The notes below the pieces were generated by a model. That model was not told the DNA's origin and did not search any database. It saw only the letters and a list, made by a program, of their open reading frames with translations. Of a stretch of 64,000 nt of DNA, positions 57,734 to 64,000 are shown piece after piece. Source of the stretch: Methanomassiliicoccaceae archaeon (lineage in GTDB: Archaea > Thermoplasmatota > Thermoplasmata > Methanomassiliicoccales > UBA472); the NCBI GenBank assembly GCA_963768775.1, contig CAVYIY010000007.1:51832-115831 (forward strand), read 5' to 3'. The stretch's first letter is position 1. Every line of letters starts with the position of its first letter. The position numbers and the translations under genes are program-made.

Positions 57734-58536
57734 ATGAAGAAGATCGGTTGGTTCACCACTGCCAGAGGTCCCGGTTCGTACAACCTTTTCAGCACCATGT
57801 TGAAGGGCATCAAGAAGGGGGAGATCGACGCCAAGCTTTCCTTCGTCTTCATCAACCGGGACATAAAGGGCAATCAGTACCGAATGAAGCTGGTGAAGGA
57901 AGCCGAGGACAACGGCGTCCCAGTGATCCTGTTCCCTTCGGACAACTTACATGCCGGAGCTGAAGCAGAGAGACATCGGGGAATGGAGGGAGGCCTACGG
58001 CGAAGGGATTGCGGGATCGGATATCCAAGTGCGAGATGGACTTCGGGGTGCTGGCCGGATATATGCTAATATTCGACCGGGAGACTTGCAGGAAGTACAC
58101 CATGATCAACCTGCATCCGGCCCTTCCGGACACGTACAAAGGGACGTGGGAGGAGATCGTGGGGTCGGTGGTGGACAACCATGATAACCAGTACGGTGCC
58201 ACGGTCCACCTCTGCACCCCGGACCTGGACCGGGGAGAGCCGATCGCCTACGACATGTTCCCGCTTGAAAGCCTCAAAGGGAAGTTCCGCTCCAGGGAGG
58301 ACCTGATGAAGGGAATAAGGGCGGAGGAGCTCAAGCGTGAGGCCTATCTGCTCATCGGGGTGATACGGATGATCGTGGACGGCGAAGTGGTGCTCAAGGA
58401 TGGGAAGGTATTCAATCGCCGGGGCAACCGGGTTTCGGAATACCCCAATCTCGCCGAGACCATAAATGCGCAATTGAGAAGCCTTGATCCTGGAAATGAC
58501 GGCTCATCGGAAAAGCCTCCTTTCCTCAGTCCTTAG
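57734..58536 (+). pseudogene. PurN-fold formyltransferase-like paralogue; two +1 frameshifts (about 57945 and about 58010)
   Basis: MKKIGWFTTARG...FVFINRD (f2), PELKQRDIGEWREAYGEGIA (f3), DFGVLAGYMLIF...MINLHPALPDTYKG...TPDLDRGEPI (f1). Retains N-x-H and an LD-x-G Asp. Confidence 0.7.
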
Positions 58537-58542
58537 CGGCTC

Positions 58543-59175
58543 TCAGAGTTCGAGGATCTTCTTCGCGGCGATGTACCACAGGTTGAAGTAATTGGTATTG
58601 CGGAGCTCCGGATTGGCTTTGACGTATTCGACGAACCACGATGACATGCCGTCCCATTCGTCCACATAGCCTTCGCGGGTCAGCCTCCAGCCCATCTCCT
58701 CTACCGTCGATTGGGAACGGGCCAGGACGAAAGGCATGGTGGTCGTGACCGAATTGCTCTCTGCATCGATCCGCACCTCGCGACATGGGCAGCAACCGGT
58801 CGATGCAGGCATAGAGATCGTAGTAGGCGATATGGATCTCGCCCAGCCTCCAGGACGCTTGATAGGGCATGGCCGAGGGGAATTCCTTGGAGAGCAGCCT
58901 CAGCACCGCCGGGAAGATCAGCAGCTCGCCGGTGTAGCGGTTCATGAAGCCATCGCGCGCGAACACCTTCATCACCAGCGCCTGCTCCTCGTTCCAGAAA
59001 TCGCTGGCCTCGACCTGCCTTTCGGCCCGATGTCAGCTCCGTCAGCAGGTACCGGCCTGGGCCTTGCCTGGGGGTCGAACGGATAGCGCTTGGTTATCAC
59101 CTCCAGGCTCGCTTCGCGCCCTTCGTCCGATAGGGCCAGGCAGGCATCCATGATGATCTCATGCTTCTCATCCAT
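58543..59175 (-). pseudogene. HNH-endonuclease-family gene; two frameshifts
   Basis: Three minus-strand segments join to ...KRYPFDP...FARDGFMNRYTGELLIFP...EIHIAYYDLYACIDRLLPMSRG / ...SNSVTTTM...TVEEMGWRL...EWDGMSSWF. The expected D-H of the HNH core reads D-R. Confidence 0.6.
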
Positions 59176-59286
59176 TCAAGCTCTGTCTCCACGCTCTTCA
59201 ACGCTCGATGCCGCGTGTTCTTCGTTCCGGAAGGGAAAGTTACTTAGATATCTTACCAGCAAGGTCGTCGCCAGTGGGGATATCGG

Positions 59287-59682
59287 ATGAGTGCATTGAT
59301 AGTTTGCGATACCAAGTATGGAATGACGGAGAAGATGGCCACAGCCATAATGAAGGGCATGAAGGAAGGGGGAGTTTCCGAGGTGGCCATGAAGAAGGTC
59401 GGGGACGCATATGAAGCGATTACAAGGCGGCAGATAGCCTGGACCTTCGAATCACCGGTACGCATCGAGGGAGCGACGGGCGACGCTAAGAAGGCATTGA
59501 AGACCGCAATCGACACCGGCGCCAATGGCAAGAAAGGGACGGCCTTCGACACCAGGTTCGCGAACGCCACCGGCAAAGGAGCCGCCGAGAAGATGATGGA
59601 GAGGATGGAGAAGGCCGGGATCAAGAAGACGACGGAGCCGGAATGGTTCGTCGTGCTCAAGACCAAGGAGCCCGATCGCTGA
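59287..59682 (+). CDS. flavodoxin-like protein (C-terminus possibly disrupted)
   Basis: ALIVCDTKYGMTEKMA start and GKKGTAFDTR. A flavodoxin-like tail (AFGKKIAQEL) is readable only in another frame, downstream of the TGA at 59680. Confidence 0.6.
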   Translation: MSALIVCDTKYGMTEKMATAIMKGMKEGGVSEVAMKKVGDAYEAITRRQIAWTFESPVRIEGATGDAKKALKTAIDTGANGKKGTAFDTRFANATGKGAAEKMMERMEKAGIKKTTEPEWFVVLKTKEPDR

Positions 59683-59861
59683 GGAGAGGAGGCCAAGGCC
59701 CCGCCTTCGGGAAGAAGATTGCCCAGGAACTTACTGGCATAGCCTGCCGATTTATCTATCAAAAGCGACTATCAATCGCTGTCAAGAAATGCGTGTCTCG
59801 GGCGCTCCGGAGCAGGAATCCGATGTGAAATGTTAAGGACGTCCAAGTCGCTTTCCGAAGC

Positions 59862-60424
59862 ATGGAGAAGAAGAGCATCGAGGACCTCTCGAACCTGGTC
59901 TTCGGGCTGGCCTTGACCCTCGGGGCAGTCACCTTGGTCAGGCCTGAGGGCAACGATTTCGCCCAATTGTTCTATGTCCTCTTCAACTTCGCGCTTGGCT
60001 TCTTCATCATTGTTTGGTTATGGTTGCTATACAATCGATGACCAAGAGATTGGAAATGGACCGGAAGGAGGAGGTCATCCTGAATTTCATCCTCCTTTTC
60101 CTGGTTGTCATCGAGCCTTATCTTTGGACGTTGACCACTACCTCCTCTGGCGCTACGTTCTATGCCCTCGACATCGGCACGGCTCTACTGATCTTGGGCA
60201 CATACAGCCATTTCATCATCCAGAATGCTCGAAGGCGTGGAGAGAACGTCAAGCAGCTGTTGACCGGGCGTTCGATCGCTTATGTTTCCGCCCTGATATT
60301 CTATGCCTCAATCATACCCGGTCTGATTCCGCAGCTTCAGCCCTATGGCGTCCAAGGGCTGATATGGTTGTCCGTGCTGGTGTACGCTGTCTTCAGAGGG
60401 GTCCGTGGCGGCAAGAGAAAATAG
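59862..60424 (+). pseudogene. multi-TM membrane protein, DUF1211/TMEM175-like (tentative); one frameshift near 60036
   Basis: MEKKSIEDLSNLVFGLALTLG...FFIIVWLWLLYNR-TGA in frame 3 continues as MTKRLEMDRKEEVILNFILLFLVVIEPYL in frame 2. Confidence 0.45.
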
Positions 60425-60652
60425 CAGGCAATAATGCGGAGAATCTGCGGCTTTTGACCAGATGGTCTCACAAGAAGATGGCACCAATCTCACTATTTGC
60501 CCTGCAGACCGCATTTTAGTCGGGCCATGCTTAAGAATCAGGGGCTCTAGACTACGTCAAGGATGTGGAAGAGCAGCAAAGCATGTTGTGCCATCGGCTG
60601 GCTGTCATCGTTCAGGCAAGAGGTCAATCGAGAGATCGAGCGAGAGGAAGCG

Positions 60653-61070
60653 ATGATCGATCGGCTCAGCACTCCGGCCAAGGGGTACCGTCCTGGGCAC
60701 GGTCATCACCTACGCGTTGATCGCCGTTTCGCTTGTCGTGCTATTCCTGCACCCGAACTTCCTACTCCTCTGGCTGGTAGGCGCCCTGCTGCTCTATTCG
60801 TACAATTTCGTCTTCCTGCTCATCCCCACCTCGACCACGAAGAAGACGAGCATGAGGGAAAGAATCGACCTGGAAAAGCAATGGAGCCAGTTCAAGGACG
60901 TTGCCCGCCACTTGATCGTCAACCGGAAAGGCCTGGCCTTGGAGATGGCGTTCACCGTCTTCCTCGGAGGCATGGTCCCCCTGGCCCTGAACTTCACCGT
61001 GATCTTCGGCGTAGGGCTGGTCTTCGCCCTGAACTACGGCATTCTATCGCACGCCATCGATATGGCGTGA
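60653..61070 (+). pseudogene. membrane protein of unknown function; frameshift at a G-run (about 60682-60686)
   Basis: ATG 60653 gives MIDRLSTPAKG (f2). TVLGTVITYALIAVSLVVLFL... continues in f3 to TGA 61068-61070. Confidence 0.5.
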
Positions 61071-61084
61071 CCAACGCGATAATC

Positions 61085-61381
61085 ATGCAAATAGTGCTGA
61101 TCCTGCTGTTCTACGTCCTGCTGATGTTCTTCGCGCCCCATGCCCAGGGGATGACCAAGATATTCCGGCATTTCAGCACCAGCTTCTACAAGGCCCGCTC
61201 CAGCGGCAAGATGGCGATAGCCTTGGTGGGCGTCTTGCTGGTCGGGCTGATCGCGATCACCGCGGTACTCTTCTTCGGCGCCATCCTCCTGCCCGGGTCA
61301 ACGCTGCTGGAACTGATCATCGACCCGGGGATGCCCCAGGGTCTGGACATACTCTCACTGACATTCATCCTCGGGGCGTAG
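61085..61381 (+). CDS. small membrane protein of unknown function
   Basis: MQIVLILLFYVLLMFF... has three hydrophobic helices and ends in TAG. Alternatively a continuation of the previous gene. Confidence 0.45.
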   Translation: MQIVLILLFYVLLMFFAPHAQGMTKIFRHFSTSFYKARSSGKMAIALVGVLLVGLIAITAVLFFGAILLPGSTLLELIIDPGMPQGLDILSLTFILGA

Positions 61382-61708
61382 GTGGTGATCATGAGGCATT
61401 TCCAAGGCCTCTCCAGCCGGAGGATGGCGATCATCGTGCTGCGCAAGCGCATCGCGACTCTCAGGAAGGACGTCCTAGGGAAGATAGACGGAACGGAGAG
61501 CGGGGCCAGACTGGACCAGGTGCATCGAGATGACGAGATCGAGGCCGCCAGGGTCAGGTACTGCTCCATGATCATCTACGACATCGCGGAGCACAGCTTC
61601 TTCGGCTACGCCCCGGTGTACATGGTGGCGCCAGGCATGCGCTATGCCAAAGAGGACAAAGTGCTCAGCAGCGCCTCGTTCGACGTGACAGGGATGGAAT
61701 TGGCTTGA
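61382..61708 (+). CDS. hypothetical protein
   Basis: 108-aa ORF beginning on the codon directly after the preceding TAG, in the same frame. ATG alternative at 61391. Confidence 0.4.
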   Translation: MVIMRHFQGLSSRRMAIIVLRKRIATLRKDVLGKIDGTESGARLDQVHRDDEIEAARVRYCSMIIYDIAEHSFFGYAPVYMVAPGMRYAKEDKVLSSASFDVTGMELA

Positions 61709-61752
61709 GGCCTTCGCGCCCCCTTACGCACGTCACCGCTCAATCATCCAGA

Positions 61753-62884
61753 TCATTCTAGGGCATGGATGTTCTTCTTGGCGCACATTTCCTTCAGCAC
61801 CTTCGGCCATACGGTGACGCTCACCTCACCGATATGCGCCTTCTTGAGGATGGCCATCTGGGTGCGGGATTGGCCGATGCCTCCGCCGATGCTCAGCGGT
61901 ATCTCGCCCTTGACGATGGCTTGGTGGTAAGGGTACTTGAGGAAGTCCAGTCAGGCCGGACATCTCCAGCTGCTTCTTGAGCGTCTCCCCGTTCACCCTG
62001 ATCCCCATGGAGGTGAGCTCGTGCCTCCGCTGGGTGACGTGGTTCCAAATCAGGATGTCGCCGTTCAGGCCGTGCATCGGCCTGCCATCCTTCGACCGGG
62101 TTTCCGTGGCCCAATCGTCGTAGTCTGCCGCGCGCATCTCGTGAGGATAGCCGTCGCGCAGCGGCCAGCCTATGCCATAGATGAAGACCCCCGGGTACTC
62201 CTGCAGGATCCTGGTCTCGCGCTCCTTCCGAGGTGCGTCGGGATACTTGTCCAGCAGATCCTCGGCGTGGACGAACTCCAGCTTGTCCGGCAAGTCTGGA
62301 TGCCCGTCGGACCTCAGCTCGGGGAAGTGCCTATGCGCCTGCCGCTCCGCCCCCTTGATCACCTTCCAGATGCGCTCGACCGTCTTGGTGAGATAGTCCA
62401 GATTGCGATCGTCGGCCGTTATCGCCCTCTCCCAGTCCCACTGGTCGACGTAGGCGCTGTGATCGTGGTCGAGGAAGTAGTCCTTGCGCACCGCGCGCAT
62501 GTCCGTGCACAGGCCTTCGTCTGGCGCCAGGCCGAACTGCCTTAGCGCCATCCGCTTCCATTTCGTGGCCGCCTGCACCACCTGGGCATTCATCGGATGC
62601 AGATCCCGATCATTGGAGATGTGGAATTGGACCGGGGTGCGGGAGCCGTCGCGGTCCAGGAGGTCGTTTATCCCGCTCTCCGCCTCCACGATGAGCGGGA
62701 CCGTGACCATCATCAGGCCCAGTTCCTTGCAGAGGTTCTTCTCGATGTACTCCTTCACAAGGAAAACAGCCCTCTGGGTGTCCTTTGGGTTCAAGAGCGA
62801 GTTATAACCCTCGGGAAGCACCTTATCCAGTTGCTTGTAATCACCAATCCCAGGTCCAGCCAGGTCTGCTCTCTTGTCGGTCAT
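61753..62884 (-). pseudogene. asnA: aspartate-ammonia ligase (AsnA-type asparagine synthetase); one frameshift near 61950
   Basis: AsnA pattern (QVVQAATKWKR...DQWDWE...). The conserved C-terminus LDFLKYPYHQAIVKGEIPLSIGGGIGQSRTQMAILKKAHIGEV is readable only in a second frame, ending TGA at 61753-61755. Confidence 0.8.
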
Positions 62885-63054
62885 TTAAGGCGTTTAAGGG
62901 AAGCTCGGGGTATTCAAATTGTTCGGTGTTCTCTCCATGACTTGCTTGAGGATTCTGGGGGGCGAAATTCAATCCTAAGACATGACAAATTGAGCTGGCA
63001 TGATCACGACCCACAGGAAAGATTGAACTAGAGTTGGCTCACATTTGGTTGCCA

Positions 63055-64000
63055 ATGGAGCGGGCAGGAAGGGGCAGCGTCAAGGTCAAGTTGCAGCGCA
63101 AGCTCAATGCCTTCGACGTGACCAACCTGGTCATCGGCTCAATCATTGGTGCCGATATCTACGTTGCCACCGGCCTGTCAGTCGGGCTGATCGGCCCTTC
63201 ATCACTGGTCATCTGGCTGCTCGCAGGCATGATGGCCATGGTCATCGCCCTTTCCTTCGCCTATTGCGTCATGCTCATGCCCCGGGTCGGCGGTCCGTAC
63301 GCCTATGTGAGAGCCGTCTCCACGCCCTTCGCCGGGTTCATGGTGGGCTGGGCGCTGCTATTGGCAGAATGGTTCTCCCTCGCCGTGTTCCCCGTCGCCT
63401 TCGCCCAATACTTCAGCTCCTTGGTCCCTGGCATCGACGCCATCGGCATCATCCTGTTGAAGGCGGGGTTCATAATCTTCATCATAGTCACGAACACAGT
63501 CGGAGTCAAAGCGGCGGGGCGCACCAACGACCTACTGACGATCATCAAGCTGAGCCCACTGGTGTTGATAATCATAGGAGGAATGGCATTCCTATTCCTC
63601 AATCCCACAATTGTAGGAAATAACCTTTCGCCTTTCGTCACCGGCGGCCTAGGATCCTTCGGGACGGCGCTTATCCTCATCTTCTGGGCTTATGCTGGCT
63701 TCGAGCTCTCCACCATACCGGCGAACGAGGTGGAGAAGCCGGAGCGAACGATTCCGAAGGCAATCGTGCTGGGCATGCTCTTCGTCATCGCCTTCTACCT
63801 CCTGACCAACCTAGTTGTGGTCGGAGCGGTCAGCTCGCCCCAGCTGAACTCCACCAACACCCCGCTGATCACCGCGGCTTCCACCATCTTCGGCGGACCG
63901 GTGCTCTCGGGCATCATGATGCTGGTGGTCGGAGTCGGCGCGCTATTCTCCATCCTCGGGGCGGACGAGTCGGGCACCATCGGCACCTCCAGGCTGGCAT
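63055..64000 (+). CDS. APC-family amino acid permease; 3' end outside window
   Basis: ATG 63055 opens a frame that runs to the window end and is absent from the ORF track because it has no stop. It reads NLVIGSIIGADIYV...GGPYAYV...FWAYAGFE, as in APC transporters. Confidence 0.8.
   Translation, partial: MERAGRGSVKVKLQRKLNAFDVTNLVIGSIIGADIYVATGLSVGLIGPSSLVIWLLAGMMAMVIALSFAYCVMLMPRVGGPYAYVRAVSTPFAGFMVGWALLLAEWFSLAVFPVAFAQYFSSLVPGIDAIGIILLKAGFIIFIIVTNTVGVKAAGRTNDLLTIIKLSPLVLIIIGGMAFLFLNPTIVGNNLSPFVTGGLGSFGTALILIFWAYAGFELSTIPANEVEKPERTIPKAIVLGMLFVIAFYLLTNLVVVGAVSSPQLNSTNTPLITAASTIFGGPVLSGIMMLVVGVGALFSILGADESGTIGTSRLA

Noticed and set aside
60563-61084. First 170 codons of track ORF 60563..61381
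   Set aside because: It is an Arg/Pro/His-rich shadow of the membrane-protein frame (60717..61070). Only the part after ATG 61085 looks coding.
61379-61381. In-frame TAG between two ORFs as a possible pyrrolysine or read-through codon. Tempting, because Methanomassiliicoccales encode the Pyl system.
   Set aside because: TAG is used as an ordinary terminator by several well-delimited genes in this window (Lrp 8110-8112, dapA, dapL, panE, AGT-EndoV). No methylamine methyltransferase context is present, and ORF C has its own possible starts. Kept only as a note within the cluster finding.
63045-63623. 192-aa track ORF at the right edge
   Set aside because: It is an Arg/His-rich shadow. The real gene is the open-ended frame from ATG 63055, an APC permease with a clean TM pattern. 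It is missing from the track only because it has no stop inside the window.
1-64000. tRNA, rRNA, CRISPR arrays, IS elements or integrases
   Set aside because: Reading all intergenic gaps over about 90 bp showed no cloverleaf-like GC-rich 70-90 nt segment, no regularly spaced direct repeats and no transposase or integrase ORF. The only mobile-element-like trace is the decayed HNH gene.

Overview
High-GC, densely coded archaeal chromosomal segment. The gene content points to a Thermoplasmata / Methanomassiliicoccales-like methanogen: an AGT-EndoV fusion, type II GAPDH, archease, a DapL-type lysine pathway, FprA and hgcAB. That assignment is inference only. I support about 75 protein-coding genes and see no rRNA, tRNA or CRISPR array.

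Main blocks:
- A tightly coupled Lrp-dapA-dapB-lysC-lysA-dapF-dapL lysine operon (7.7-14.4 kb).
- pgk-gap.
- A radical SAM gene convergent with a MenA-like UbiA prenyltransferase.
- ilvB-ilvC.
- A pmbA-tldD-M24 peptidase operon.
- nadX, archease and a mevalonate-decarboxylase-family gene.
- An ACT-paaK pair.
- proBA.
- A tusA-dsrE-iscS-iscU sulfur-relay/Fe-S operon.
- Two ABC exporters.
- fprA.

The most interesting locus is a three-gene minus-strand unit at 41.05-42.63 kb. It consists of a cysteine-pair AbrB/SpoVT-domain gene followed within 8 nt by hgcA (cap-helix motif NVWCAAGK) and hgcB (CIECGAC, C-terminal CC), the mercury-methylation pair.

A second notable property is about 20 single-base reading-frame breaks. 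They cluster in three stretches (2.2-6.3 kb, 20.6-23.5 kb, 57-62.9 kb), while long neighbouring operons are intact. Most plus-strand breaks are +1 (an extra base), so sequencing or assembly error is at least as likely as real gene decay.

Other points: a roughly 750-bp low-GC islet with an orphan ORF and a truncated ABC-ATPase start; a decayed HNH-endonuclease gene; a divergent pair of PurN-fold paralogues; and a split COG0523 metallochaperone-like pair. All functional calls come from motif and family recognition by eye. No database search was run.
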